DNA of 47,792 bases from Candidatus Levybacteria bacterium RIFCSPHIGHO2_01_FULL_40_16 (GCA_001783805.1 MFNS01000007.1:155975-203766), one strand, 5' to 3'; positions 1 to 11,000 are shown, counted from the stretch's first letter. The notes: a model not told the origin generated them from the sequence alone. A program made the numbers and translations.

Positions 1-425
1 TCCATTCCCTTGGCGAGCTCTTCCGTTAAGCCTGCAGCATCATCCAGTGCCGCCTGAACTTTGGCATCAACCACTAATCCCTGATCGATTTGAGAGGAAA
101 TAGTTGCCTCCATCTCGGCGGTTTTACGTCTTAAGTCTGACAAGACATCCGAGGATGAAGTTGGATAAATAAACATTGAGATATTTAAAGAATGATTGAA
201 ATCAATCACCGGGGAAAGCCAGCCCGGGGAAACATAGCGCGGATAGCCGGCAATAAAAAAAGTTTTGTAGAATCTTTCTCCCACCCGGATATAATTAAAA
301 TCAACCTCAGCCGAAGATGGGGCAAGCACATCTGGCAGGGAAACCATGCCATTCTGAATAATTTCCGTAGGAGAGGTTAACCCCTCGGCTTGCTTGATTT
401 CCCCTGTCTTTTTATTTGCAAACAT
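1..425 (-). CDS. VirB4/TraC-family (DUF87-type) T4SS ATPase, N-terminal part; runs off the window start
   Basis: Not in the ORF track. Hand translation from ATG at 425 gives MFANKKTGEIK...VLAPSSAEVDFNYIRVGERFYKTFFIAGYPRYVSPGWLSPVIDF..., typical of CPR VirB4 N-termini. It lies downstream of the PrgI and TraC-like genes. Confidence 0.8.
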   Translation of the reverse strand, partial: MFANKKTGEIKQAEGLTSPTEIIQNGMVSLPDVLAPSSAEVDFNYIRVGERFYKTFFIAGYPRYVSPGWLSPVIDFNHSLNISMFIYPTSSSDVLSDLRRKTAEMEATISSQIDQGLVVDAKVQAALDDAAGLTEELAKGM

Positions 426-426
426 A

Positions 427-1062
427 TTAAGTAATTTGTGCTTTTACAATCGGATATTTAATGTTTTGAGCAATTTTGTCAATTTGTTCAATGTCTCCGT
501 TGTAGATTTCATGAAATAATTTCACCAACTCTTCTTTGGTTAGGGTTTTTGCTGCTAGATTCATGCGGCGGAGCATTGCATGCAGGCTCTCGGCTTTTGT
601 AGCTAGCTTTGCTTTGGCAGACAGAAAGAAATTATCCCCTCTCCCAAGGATGCCGCTTTCCAGTCCCGTATAATGAATTGAGATGTAAAATTTTTTGTCC
701 AAAACGGCATTTACCTTTACCAGCTCCGCAACAAAATCTTTATATAATTTGATTTGGCTTTTTAAGAGCTGATTTTGGCTTTTTTCCACCTCTTCTTCCA
801 AAAGCCTTAAGTAAGAAGAAATATTTATTTTCTTGCTGCGAATAAATACCTGAATAGGAAAAGATAAAGAATTTAAAAGCGCTGAATAGGAGAGGACTTT
901 GACATTTTGCTCCTCTTGGGATAAAAGCGCAAAGTTAGTTGCTTGAACTTCAATTACTAAACAGGCATTTCCGGAGGCAAGTAAAACAACATTATCGATA
1001 ATATCCAAAATCTCAATAAATTTTTGAGTTGTAGCTTTTGTTTTTTGAGCAGATTTATTCAT
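427..1062 (-). CDS. TraC/VirB4-N-like T4SS-associated protein
   Basis: Motifs TQKFIEILDI, NFALLSQEEQ, LNSLSFPIQV and KKFYI; lies between PrgI and VirB4. Confidence 0.7.
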   Translation of the reverse strand: MNKSAQKTKATTQKFIEILDIIDNVVLLASGNACLVIEVQATNFALLSQEEQNVKVLSYSALLNSLSFPIQVFIRSKKINISSYLRLLEEEVEKSQNQLLKSQIKLYKDFVAELVKVNAVLDKKFYISIHYTGLESGILGRGDNFFLSAKAKLATKAESLHAMLRRMNLAAKTLTKEELVKLFHEIYNGDIEQIDKIAQNIKYPIVKAQIT

Positions 1063-1068
1063 AAGAAC

Positions 1069-2127
1069 CTAATTTGTATTAAACAATGATCTTCTCAGCT
1101 CTTCCCGTGTGTCAACAGAGATCGCCTCGATAGGCAAGATAATTTGACCGGCAACATTAATCATCAGTTTCTCAAATCTATTTTGCGCTTTTGGATCTTC
1201 AAACTCGATACCGTATACTCCGTTTATGAGCGGAGTAGCCGAGGCAAATCTGCCAAGTTCATTTGTCTTAAACGCTCTAACTGGATTTCCCTGACTATCT
1301 TTTATTTCAATTAGAATATTAGATAAAGCATTGCCACGGGCATCTTTGGTGATTCCGGTAATTAGATTTGGAAACTCAGGAACATTTGGCGTACCGATAG
1401 ATTTATTGAACCCTTTTAAGGGCATTATATTTTCTGCTTGTCCCGCAAGGGGTGGATGAGGCGGGATAGTCGGCTTTACCGGCAACATGGATGCAAGCGG
1501 AGGGGTAGCTTGTGCATTTACATTAGGCAACGAGACAACTAGCTTTTGTTCGCTTGGGGGTTTTGGCAAATCACTCTGCCTAATTGGATTTAATTGGGGA
1601 CTAGTCTGCAAAACAGTCAGGCTTGGGGCGGGCTGGGAAGCATGGCTTGTTGCCAGACCGGATACAGACATTAAAAAATTGTTTTCGATTTCATCAGCTT
1701 TATTTCTTGGCTTGGCATTCAGAGTCACCAGATAAGCTTTGAGCTGATCTTTTGGGAATGGGCTAAGGTCATTTTTATATTGGCCGATGTTCTTAATGGT
1801 TGTTGCTACAGGCGTTTTGTTGGGAAAATAAATTTGGCCTCCGGTTTTTTCATAAACAAATTGAGTTGGCCTAAATAAGGCCTTAATGTAATTTCCAATC
1901 ATAACATCCATTGGGCGCCCGCTCACAGGAAAATATGCAAGCCCTATGCCCAAACTAGCGGAAAATGCGCAAAGCGGAAATTTTATAAGAATGTTAATGG
2001 GTAGCTGGAACAAGATCCAGGCGAAAACAACACCTGTTGCCAGGTAGGCAAATTGCTTTACCGTCATATTGCCGATTAGCTTAAATTGAAAGCCGGTAAC
2101 ATCTTGAGGAATCGGATGATTATCCAT
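1069..2127 (-). CDS. PrgI-family membrane protein with Pro-rich linker and C-terminal carboxypeptidase-regulatory-like domain
   Basis: HPIPQDVTGFQFKLIGNMTVKQF followed by 2 TM helices; start moved to MDNHP at 2127. Confidence 0.75.
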   Translation of the reverse strand: MDNHPIPQDVTGFQFKLIGNMTVKQFAYLATGVVFAWILFQLPINILIKFPLCAFSASLGIGLAYFPVSGRPMDVMIGNYIKALFRPTQFVYEKTGGQIYFPNKTPVATTIKNIGQYKNDLSPFPKDQLKAYLVTLNAKPRNKADEIENNFLMSVSGLATSHASQPAPSLTVLQTSPQLNPIRQSDLPKPPSEQKLVVSLPNVNAQATPPLASMLPVKPTIPPHPPLAGQAENIMPLKGFNKSIGTPNVPEFPNLITGITKDARGNALSNILIEIKDSQGNPVRAFKTNELGRFASATPLINGVYGIEFEDPKAQNRFEKLMINVAGQIILPIEAISVDTREELRRSLFNTN

Positions 2128-2229
2128 CAAATTTAGCATATAGCGTGAAAAATCACAATGCAAGATTATCAAAATAGGTCAAAAAAATAGAGTTTTAGCC
2201 TCCGGTGTGAAAAATGGTATTATATGTGT

Positions 2230-2904
2230 ATGGCTTATTTTGTTCTTCTGCTTCTGGAAATAGTTATTTTGTTTTTTCTCTCAAGGTCAATGAGTAAAAC
2301 TCTTTCTAAATTCATGTCAATAAATCTAATCTCGTTTCTTCTTTTGCCCGGGATGATTATTCATGAACTAGCCCACCTTTTCATAGCAGTAATTTTATTT
2401 GTTCCCGTAGGAGATATGGAATTTGCCCCAAAGAAAAATGGTAATGGAGTCAAACTCGGAAGTGTTGAAATTGCCAAAACAGACCCGATCCGTAGAAGCA
2501 TCATCGGATTTGCGCCTATTTTTGCGGGATTAGTACTGGTTGTCAGCGCTGTCTATCTTTTTAGCGCGAATATTCTATTTTGGCAAAAACAAAATCTTTA
2601 TCTTTTTACAGCTGTGATTTTAATTCTCATTTACTTACTGTTTGCAATCAGTAATACTATGTTTGCAAGTAAACGCGACATGGAGGGAACAGTGGAAATT
2701 CTGATAACCCTTATTACAATTTTTATTGGCGCCTACATTCTTGGTTTTCGCTTTCCAATGGCATATTTAGATAAAATATTTACCAAAGAATTGCTTGGGG
2801 TAATTCAAAAATCATCCATATTTTTACTCGCGCCGATTACAATAGATGTTTTTATCTTGGGGGCAGTAAAATTATTTACTAACAGCCGAAGCCAAAGGTC
2901 TTAA
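2230..2904 (+). CDS. Membrane zinc metalloprotease-like protein (M50-like)
   Basis: PGMIIHELAH (HExxH) motif, multiple TM segments, IGFAP motif; start taken at ATG 2230. Confidence 0.6.
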   Translation: MAYFVLLLLEIVILFFLSRSMSKTLSKFMSINLISFLLLPGMIIHELAHLFIAVILFVPVGDMEFAPKKNGNGVKLGSVEIAKTDPIRRSIIGFAPIFAGLVLVVSAVYLFSANILFWQKQNLYLFTAVILILIYLLFAISNTMFASKRDMEGTVEILITLITIFIGAYILGFRFPMAYLDKIFTKELLGVIQKSSIFLLAPITIDVFILGAVKLFTNSRSQRS

Positions 2905-3208
2905 TACATGGCACATTCGTAACCGTAGAGATAAGATTGATTAGCAAGAAAGAAAAGATGACAATTGCCAGGCCAATTATTCCGAAAACAAAACTATTTC
3001 TTGCTCCCTCAATCCTTTTGGGATCTCCTCTGGCGTTCATAAATCTAAAACCCCCAATGATAAACATTATCAAAGCTGTCAGTCCTGCGAATACCAGAAG
3101 CGCGCTAAGAAGATTTGCGAAAACAGCAGGAATGCAATCAAGGGTAGCAACCTCACTCTCGCCACCCTGTACGCAACTATTAACAAGGTCATCCCACTCT
3201 TTAAACAT
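2879..3208 (-). CDS. VirB2/TrbC-like pilin
   Basis: Two hydrophobic helices around the GGFRFMNARGDPKRIEGAR motif. Confidence 0.8.
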   Translation of the reverse strand: MFKEWDDLVNSCVQGGESEVATLDCIPAVFANLLSALLVFAGLTALIMFIIGGFRFMNARGDPKRIEGARNSFVFGIIGLAIVIFSFLLINLISTVTNVPCIKTFGFGC

Positions 3209-3272
3209 AATTAGAGAGTAGCAAAGAAAGAATTAAAAAACAAGATGAGGAAAACCTATAATCCAGCGTTAA

Positions 3273-3725
3273 TTACTGGCCAATTACCGGAATTTTAAGG
3301 TCTGTTGCCTTTATTCCAAAAGCTGCAAGGACTACAGATAAGATAAAGACTGCCAGAATAACTACAATCAGTCCGATAATCGCAGCCAGGATGTGATTTC
3401 TAGCCGCTTCAACTTCTGTTTTATCGCCTCTGGAGGTGATCCATTTAATTCCGCCGTAAAGCAAATACAAAAGCGCAATAACAACCGCCAGGATTATGAA
3501 AAACACAACCACACCCTGGATTGTTTTGGCAATATTCCCGCCGCCAAGCTTACAAAGGATTCCGGCGATTCCCGTGGCTTGAACTACGCCACTAGTATCC
3601 ACAGCGCATGGATCTATAGTAATTGGAGTTGGGGTTTGGGCAAAAGCAAGAAGGGGTAAAGATAAATAGGTAAATACGCTGGAAATAGAAATAAATCCAG
3701 CACCTAAAACATTCCTTTTGTGCAT
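3273..3725 (-). CDS. VirB2/TrbC-like pilin with signal peptide
   Basis: YGGIKWITSRGDKTEVEAAR between two TM helices; signal ending AFAQ; start taken at MHKRN. Confidence 0.8.
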   Translation of the reverse strand: MHKRNVLGAGFISISSVFTYLSLPLLAFAQTPTPITIDPCAVDTSGVVQATGIAGILCKLGGGNIAKTIQGVVVFFIILAVVIALLYLLYGGIKWITSRGDKTEVEAARNHILAAIIGLIVVILAVFILSVVLAAFGIKATDLKIPVIGQ

Positions 3726-3806
3726 AGGCGTGATCAATTTAAGAAGGTGCTGGATAAATAATTTCTTCACTAAATTTATCTTAAGCAGGAATTTAAGAAA
3801 TGTCAA

Positions 3807-3907
3807 GCCCCACTTGCGTCGCAAGTGGGGCGCCGACCCCGCCCAAGCGCTCTTCGAGCCGTATTCGAATAGAATTGAAAAGGCGAGAAGTAAGCTGGTG
3901 TGGGGTC
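3807..3907. repeat. Palindromic repeat cluster downstream of nadE
   Basis: Perfect gccccacttgcg-t-cgcaagtggggc (3807-3831), then an imperfect long hairpin gacccc...ggggtc. Confidence 0.7.
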
Positions 3908-4673
3908 AAGGGGTATGTGGTAGGTGATGCTTGAAAGAATTTTTGTTCGCCCAAGCAATTATTTTCTGGGCATTTGAAAAATCTTTATAAACTATTTCGC
4001 CAATAATTTTTTTCTGATCGAAATATAAATGTAAGACATTATCCGCTTCTTCATAGGAGAAACCCAATTCTTTTTCGGCGGTGTGTCCGTTCCATAAGCC
4101 CGGCGATGGCTTTTGCTTAAGAACATTTTTTGGAACGCCCAGATATTCTGCCAGTTGATAAACTTGAGTTTTATATAGATGCCTGATCGGTTCTATGTCC
4201 GATGCTTCATCGCCAAATCTTGTAAAGTAACCTAAAAGAAATTCGGATTTATCTTCTGTTCCCAAGACCAGTGCATTATTTTTCTTTGCAAGATCGTACA
4301 GCATCGTCATGCGAATTCTTGCCATTACATTTCCAAGTCTGATCCTATCTCCGTCCGGTATATTTAATATTTTCTTGAGTTCATCAACAGCGTTCTGGAT
4401 GGAAATGTTAAGGATATTTTTTTCTGGAATATTTAATTTTTGCAAAAGAGGCTTAAGGGAATTGATTTGAGATTCAAAATAATATAAATGCGCGACAAAA
4501 ATATCTTCTTGAGGAATGGATTTTTCAAGGAGAGTTAGACTAACCGCGGAATCTATTCCTCCGGAGAGTCCAATTACCACATTTTTAAACTTTTGTTTTT
4601 TTAAAACGCCTTTAATAAAAGCAGTAATCCTTACCGTTTCGGTAGATGGATTTATCTTAAGCGTATTTCTCAT
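3906..4673 (-). CDS. nadE: NH3-dependent NAD+ synthetase
   Basis: GLSGGIDS PP-loop, GNVMARIRM, LGYFTRFGD, LYKTQV, PSPGLW. Confidence 0.95.
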   Translation of the reverse strand: MRNTLKINPSTETVRITAFIKGVLKKQKFKNVVIGLSGGIDSAVSLTLLEKSIPQEDIFVAHLYYFESQINSLKPLLQKLNIPEKNILNISIQNAVDELKKILNIPDGDRIRLGNVMARIRMTMLYDLAKKNNALVLGTEDKSEFLLGYFTRFGDEASDIEPIRHLYKTQVYQLAEYLGVPKNVLKQKPSPGLWNGHTAEKELGFSYEEADNVLHLYFDQKKIIGEIVYKDFSNAQKIIAWANKNSFKHHLPHTP

Positions 4674-4730
4674 AATTTCAAATTTTCAAACATTTTGATT
4701 TCATTTCAAATTTTAAATTTCAAATTAAAT

Positions 4731-5354
4731 TTATGAGTATAGCTTATTCTCTATTATATAATCTTTTACTCTTTTTGGTACCATGTTTGAAATAGATTTA
4801 TCCAGCACCGAATCGGTGCTGGATTTATTCCTCTTAATTCTCTCACGCGTAAGTTTTGAGGAAACATAAATTGGCGGGAATTTTTTTTGGTCAATTGAGA
4901 TAATGTTCTTTGGAAATAAAACTTGCTTGCTAATTTCTTGAAGTTTTATCTCTGCTTTCTTAAAACCGGTTCTGGGAACAATAATCAGTTTGAAATTATT
5001 AATAATTTTTTTCCACTCTTTCCATTTTGTAAAACTGTCAACCTGATCGGTTCCGATAATCCAGGAAAATTTGTCCTGCGGATGCTTTTTAGCTAATTCT
5101 CTAAGAGTGTCAATAGTGTAGCTAATTGTTTTTTTCCTTATTTCAAGATCAGAAACCTTAGTTGGGCCCTTTTCCAAATATTTGGTCATCTCTAGCCTTT
5201 TGTTGGGATCTGATAAATTTTTATTGAAAGGGTGTTGATAGCAGGGCATCAGCCAGACTGAATTAAAGTGAAATAATCTTATTAATTTATTAGCGATAGC
5301 CACATGTCCCTTGTGAGGAGGATCAAAACTTCCGCCCAGAATTGCAATATTCAT
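4731..5354 (-). CDS. nadD: Nicotinate-nucleotide adenylyltransferase
   Basis: GGSFDPPHKGH (HxGH), SYTIDTL, IIGTD, W..W; start taken at MNIAIL. Confidence 0.95.
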   Translation of the reverse strand: MNIAILGGSFDPPHKGHVAIANKLIRLFHFNSVWLMPCYQHPFNKNLSDPNKRLEMTKYLEKGPTKVSDLEIRKKTISYTIDTLRELAKKHPQDKFSWIIGTDQVDSFTKWKEWKKIINNFKLIIVPRTGFKKAEIKLQEISKQVLFPKNIISIDQKKFPPIYVSSKLTRERIKRNKSSTDSVLDKSISNMVPKRVKDYIIENKLYS

Positions 5355-5477
5355 GCCACTTCGCTTGACCCCTTTTCCTGCATTTGTTTTTATCATATTA
5401 ATTCACCAGCTTACTTGTTCCTCGTTCTTAAGCTTCGGGGCATGACCCTTCCGTAGTTTTAACGAAGGATGGTCATG
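5352..5477. repeat. Doublet of oppositely oriented CTTCG/CGAAG-type hairpins
   Basis: catgccacttcgcttga...ttaagcttcggggcatg (5352-5444) and catgacccttccgtagttttaacgaaggatggtcatg (5441-5477). Confidence 0.7.
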
Positions 5478-5508
5478 TTTTACGGCTTTATTCTAGGTCT
5501 TTTGCGGA

Positions 5509-5862
5509 TTATTTACAAGATGAAAGCGGTTTAAAAACAATACAAAGAAGATCGGTTCCTAGGAAAGCGCTGACTGCGCTGACCATTAAAAAGGATAAGA
5601 AAATCAAAACTAATCCCAAAATTGCATAAGTTACTCTTTGCCGACCCCGGTTAAGTTTGTCTTTTTTCCCTTCGGATTGAATGATGTCAATTCCGCCCTG
5701 GATGATGAAATAAAGAGCGGTTAAAATCGCGATTATCAAAGCAAGGTTAAGAAAAGCCTGTATGATCTTCGAACCTGTTTCCAGCCCGCCGGTTGGCACG
5801 CCCCCGGGTGGGTTTAAGTCGACCTGTCCGTACCCCGGAACATTAATAGATAGATATTTCAT
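5509..5862 (-). CDS. VirB2/TrbC-like pilin
   Basis: QGGIDIIQSEGKKDKLNRGR between two TM helices. Confidence 0.8.
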   Translation of the reverse strand: MKYLSINVPGYGQVDLNPPGGVPTGGLETGSKIIQAFLNLALIIAILTALYFIIQGGIDIIQSEGKKDKLNRGRQRVTYAILGLVLIFLSFLMVSAVSAFLGTDLLCIVFKPLSSCK

Positions 5863-5868
5863 AAATGA

Positions 5869-7014
5869 TTATTCAAAACCCGGAATCTTTAGAATATCAA
5901 CGCCGACGATTTGCAAGATAACAAAAGAAAAAATAATAAACAAAAGGCCGATGACAGCCGAAATCAGCTGTTCGGTTGCACCCTTAACTGCTTCCGGATT
6001 TCCCCGGGAAACCATAAATTTATACCCGGCAATGATAATTAAAATTAAAGCAATCCCTCCGGCCAGCCCCAAAACAATGCTAAAAACAGATTTCACAAAA
6101 CTTGCAGGATCCGTGCTGATAATTCCAAGCGCAGTATCTACGGAGAGACATTTCTTTGTGCTTTCATCAAATTCTTTGCAGGGAGGAGGAACAGCTGGGA
6201 TTTGCTCGTCAGAAGATAGTGATGCATTTTTTGTTTGGTCGCAAGACGTATCACCCTCGGGAGGATTAGTGGTGAAAGATAATGCGATACAGTTTTCTCC
6301 GGTTCTCTCTTGTCCTTCCATGTCCACACAGATCTGCCGTTTTTCCGCTCTTTTAGTTTCTTCACGTGGAACAGTTATTGTTAAATTAGAGCCGGAAGCG
6401 TCAGATCTTCCGATAAATTTGTGATCTGCAAAAAAACCATCGCTTTTCCACCACCAGCGATAATTAGTATCCGGCTGTAATCTGGTAGCTATTAAGATCA
6501 CTTCTTCTCCGATTTGAAATGAACATTTAGATTGAGCAAGCGGATCTATCTTTGGAAGATTTGCGGGAGGCTGTGTTGGGGTTGGCGTTGCGGCTGCGCT
6601 AACCATAATAGAAGTTTTACTTACTATATTGCTTTGGTTTGCGCAGTCAGATAGGTTGGATGCTTTTGAGCAGACCTCAAGGATCCATACTCCGGGATTA
6701 GTTTTTCCGATAGCCCCCTGAAACAAGTTAAGATTGGCAATTAAAGTTTGTGAATTTTGAGGATTTTTTCTGTCTGTGGTGAAATAATTAAGAGATCCGC
6801 CAAGGGCTACGCTTTGGGGGTGTGCAAAAATAACATATCTTACTGATGTTTGGAAGTTGCAGTCGGTGGTAGTTATTGTAACATCCCCGTTGTAATCAGG
6901 AGGGAATGAACTGGGATTGGCGCTAATTGTGCATGCATAGGAAGGTGTGGCTAAAAAGAGAAATATAATTAAAAAGGAAAATGAAATTAAAATATTTAAA
7001 CAAACTTTCCTCAC
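5869..7014 (-). CDS. Large pilin-domain protein (Cys-rich extracellular N-terminus, C-terminal VirB2-like pilin)
   Basis: Signal peptide ending SYA, several Cys, TPTP linker, C-terminal AGYKFMVSRGNPEAVKGATE with 2 TM; start taken at GTG 7014. Confidence 0.75.
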   Translation of the reverse strand: MRKVCLNILISFSFLIIFLFLATPSYACTISANPSSFPPDYNGDVTITTTDCNFQTSVRYVIFAHPQSVALGGSLNYFTTDRKNPQNSQTLIANLNLFQGAIGKTNPGVWILEVCSKASNLSDCANQSNIVSKTSIMVSAAATPTPTQPPANLPKIDPLAQSKCSFQIGEEVILIATRLQPDTNYRWWWKSDGFFADHKFIGRSDASGSNLTITVPREETKRAEKRQICVDMEGQERTGENCIALSFTTNPPEGDTSCDQTKNASLSSDEQIPAVPPPCKEFDESTKKCLSVDTALGIISTDPASFVKSVFSIVLGLAGGIALILIIIAGYKFMVSRGNPEAVKGATEQLISAVIGLLFIIFSFVILQIVGVDILKIPGFE

Positions 7015-7119
7015 CCATTCATCGTAGACAAATTTGGTTATTTTTGCAACAGCGTAAAGCCCTTCAGGCCACATTGCAAGCTAAAATTCAAAAACTCAAA
7101 TATATGCTAAGCTGGCTTT

Positions 7120-7461
7120 ATGGACATGGGCTGGAAAATTATTTACTATATTTCAGCCAGCGGAGAAAATCCTGTCAGGGATTTTTTGGATAATTACCCA
7201 AAAGCCAAACTAAAAGCTTTAAGAATTCTTTCCCATATTGAAGAATTTGGTTTGAGCTATGCAATACCGCACGTTAAAAAATTAGCCGGTACACCTTTTT
7301 GGGAAATCAGAATTTTGGGAAGAGACAGCATCAGAATTCTTTATGTCACAAAACACGAAAAACAAATATTGCTGCTGCACGCATTCATTAAGAAGACCAA
7401 TAAAACACCGAGAAAGGAAATTAATATTGGTCTATCAAGATTATCAGAAATTAGTTCTTGA
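7120..7461 (+). CDS. RelE/HigB-like (Gp49-type) toxin
   Basis: GENPVRDFL, PHVKKL, WEIR, RILY, LLHAFIKKTNKTP. Confidence 0.85.
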   Translation: MDMGWKIIYYISASGENPVRDFLDNYPKAKLKALRILSHIEEFGLSYAIPHVKKLAGTPFWEIRILGRDSIRILYVTKHEKQILLLHAFIKKTNKTPRKEINIGLSRLSEISS

Positions 7462-7486
7462 CAAAATATATTCTAGAAGATATAAT
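7458..7486 (+). promoter_or_regulatory. Consensus sigma70 promoter with internal operator palindrome for the antitoxin
   Basis: TTGACA (7458-63), 17 nt, TATAAT (7481-86); spacer contains a ttctagaa-centred palindrome; ATG 6 nt after the -10. Confidence 0.75.
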
Positions 7487-7492
7487 CTTTGT

Positions 7493-7777
7493 ATGAAAAG
7501 AAATACCTATACTTTGCGGGAACACATACGGGAGAGCTTAAGAAATCCTGAATTTAAAAATGAATGGGAAAAAAGCGAACCGGCCTATCAATTAAGCAGG
7601 GCTTTAATTAAAAAAAGGCTTGTTCATAAAATATCGCAAGTTGGTTTAGCCAAAAAGGCTAATACTACCCAAGCAGTCATCTCAAGGCTGGAGAATATGA
7701 GCGTCAATCCCTCGCTGGAATTGTTACAACGCATAGCGAGAGCTTTAAATGTCGGTCTGAAAATTCAGTTCGAATAA
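7493..7777 (+). CDS. XRE-family HTH antitoxin (HigA-like)
   Basis: SQVGLAKKANTTQAVISRLE...NPSLELLQRIA; lies downstream of the toxin. Confidence 0.85.
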   Translation: MKRNTYTLREHIRESLRNPEFKNEWEKSEPAYQLSRALIKKRLVHKISQVGLAKKANTTQAVISRLENMSVNPSLELLQRIARALNVGLKIQFE

Positions 7778-8032
7778 TTTTTTGATCCTGATTTTTTTGA
7801 CATCTTAAGATCAAAAATTCTACTCCTCAAATATTCAAAGTCGAAGGCGTCGAGAATATCCAACTTCAAGAAATCAAATCCCTACCGTCTAGTTTAAGTC
7901 AGGTTGATTTGTCAAGATTAATCAATTTTCAGAGAGTATTATGCGGACGTCATGAACATGAAAGAAGGAAAACCAATTGATTTGACAAGCGTGCCTCAAA
8001 AACGTATTCTAAATGAAGACGGAGATATTTTT

Positions 8033-11000
8033 ATGGCAGAAAACGGAGAAGGACCACAAGCACCAAAACAGCCAGAAGGAAATAATGCAAAAAACCCTCG
8101 GGAGGAAAAAATAATAACCCCTGAAGAAAAACAAAAAATTAACAACGCATGGCAGACGCATAATTCATTGAGAACATCAGAAGGAGAAAAAATTTCCGTT
8201 GATGAAATGCGAACTCAGGAAATGCTTAAAGAAAAAGGATTTATGCCTCCCCTTACTCAAGAGGCTAAAGACCTTCTTAAAAACGTTGACGAGGGATTGG
8301 GGCCTTCGCAGTTTACCGCTAGACTTGAGCGGATTCTAAGAGAAAATGGAATAAGTCAAGAAGACATTAATAGCAAAAATACTCAAGAACTTTTTAATAT
8401 TTTAAGATCAAGCAGGGTTCCGGAGCAAAATACCGAATCCCAGGGAAAACAAAATCCTGTAAATGAAGGAGAAAATAACCATAAAAAAGAAGCTCCAGAA
8501 GCTAAGGCGCCAGGTGATAAGCCTAAAGAACAAAAAAATATAAATGCCGAAGATGATCTTTTTTCCCAAACCCCAAATATTCCCGATGACGAAGCGGAAT
8601 TAGAAAGAATTGCAAAAAAAGATCTAGAGGCATCAGGGATAACAAAAAGCGCCGCAGAGGGGTCAAAAATTGCACAGGATGTCTTGGAATTAAGAAAGCA
8701 ACAATTGAGGAATACGAGAGATTTTATAAAAGGCGTTGAAATGGAAACACGTGCATTTGGAAAAGGTCCCGCGCAATCTCTCTCGGAAATAATTCAGGGA
8801 GTAAAAACCGGAAGGATTAACGCAATTGATGCGGAACCTTATATACAAAGATATGCCGAAATTGCTGCGAAACAGAAACAAGATATGGGAGAACAGGCAG
8901 GCAGAGAATGGAGAGAAATTATTGGAAATCTTGAATCAAAAACAGGATATGAAAAAACAAAAGCGCTAAAAGACGTAATAAGAAAATTAAATCCCGACAT
9001 GACGATTCCGGACGAATTTTTCGAATTGGTAGCAAAAGACGATGAGGCATCCGAGCAACTTGTTTCAAAGATTGTCTATAAACCTTTTGCGACTCCTGAA
9101 GCGGAATACAGTTTATCCTTCTATGCAAGTATCAACTTCGAAAGTTTTTTAACTGTTGTCGGAAATGTTGAGGAAAATGTTGGAAGTAGAAAATCAAGCG
9201 AAAGACGCCAAAACTATAAAGAGCAGCATGAGATGGCATTACGCTTACACGAAGCCAATAAAGCCATTGTTACTCAGTCGGCAAATATAGACGGACTAAT
9301 GAATATTGCAAGGACGATTACTCCCGAACGACTGCAAACAGGAATTGAGCTGGATGGGGTTGAACAGGCAAGGCAAATATGTGAGCTGGCTTTTGGAAGA
9401 TTATACGCCAATTACGATAGGCTGCAGGCCCAACGATACCAAACGGAAATAGCTGATTGGGCAAAGGAAACCTTTGTAAGCGAGATGCCTAAAGCGGGCA
9501 TAAAAAGTAGGTTTGAAGGACCGGACAAAAAACTGCGCAATCTGGAAGACTGGGAGCTTGAAAGAGCCTTTGGTTTGGGAAGAAATTACCAGGCAACTCT
9601 TTTAAGAGTTCCGGAGTTGGTAAGCTGGGGAAATATTCCGAAACCAAGCGAAGAGTGGCTCAGATCACCGACCTCGGAAACTCTGGCGAGAATAATCGGA
9701 GGATTTAAGATGCTACAGGGAAGATTTAGATCCGGAGTGACGAAGGGAGGACCCACCTATGTACATCTGATTAATCATGATGCAGTAAAAAATTATAAAG
9801 GACTTAGCAGAATTGGAGTACTTGATGTTAAGAAAGAGTTAATTCCTCTTTCTCTATTTAGTGCGGGAGGTTTTGAAAAGGGATGGAGACCTGTCGGATC
9901 ATATTTAAATACCCCGTTTATGAAAATTGATATATCAAGAATTCCTGAGGCGCTCCGGCAAATGAGAAGTGGGGGAGGAGAGCCGGAAAGAATATTTAAA
10001 AAATATTTGGAGGAACAAAAACATAATGACCAATCGTTAATAACTAATCCCGATAAATCTTCGACGGAAGTAAATTTAGGCGAATTCTTAGTTTATAATA
10101 CTGGACTTCTTCAAGAAGAGTTGGGACAAGATATTGAAATCAAAGGAATTAAAATCCCGAAAGAAATAACACAAACCGATTACGGCAAATCAAAACTTCT
10201 TATGGAGGACATGTTTCTTCCTTTGATGGGTTTTACTTTAAAACCGAAAAAAGTCCAAGAATTTAACGCGGAAAGAAGCAGAATAGAAAAATATGAGGCT
10301 AAAGGCCTGTCCGTAAAAGAAGGTGAAAAAGCAAGGAAAGATTTATTTAGTGGGCATTTCGAAAAAAACGAAAAAGGCGAAGACGTATACGAATATGACT
10401 ATTTTAAATATAATCAGAAAGAAGATCAAGTAAACTTTTCTTTAGGTCTTCTTCTCTCAACAGGCGGAGTCAGCAGTAATATTAGAATCCTCATTTGGCA
10501 AAAAGTTGCTGATATAATGCCTTTAAGAATCGCACAGTTTCTGTCAGAAGAGGGCGTAAAAAATTTGCCGGGTTACGAGAAAGTCAAGGGAGAAAAACTG
10601 AGTGATGGAGGAACGAGACTTTTTAAAAAGGATTTTGAAAACAAACTAATCAGGTTGCATATGATTAGGATGCAAGAACAGAAGAAAGTCTTTGAAGTGA
10701 CGAATCAGGGTAGAAGACATGAGGCTCTAAGGCTCTCTGATTATTTTGAAGCTGCTGGTTTGACGCAGGACGAACGGCAATTTGTAAAAAAGTTGCAAAA
10801 ATTAGGTAGGGAAAAAGCTTCGGAATTGGCACAAGTTGATTTTCCTCATGTAGCGTTTCTTGATGATGTTCCTTTCCAAAAATCAGAATACGGCAATCTC
10901 GGTCCGGAAGTTTATGCAAGAAGAATGAATGATGAAAGGGGTTATTCAGAAGCAAGAGATGCTGCAGGAGGGGTTGTTGAGCATATTGGGGGATCATGGG

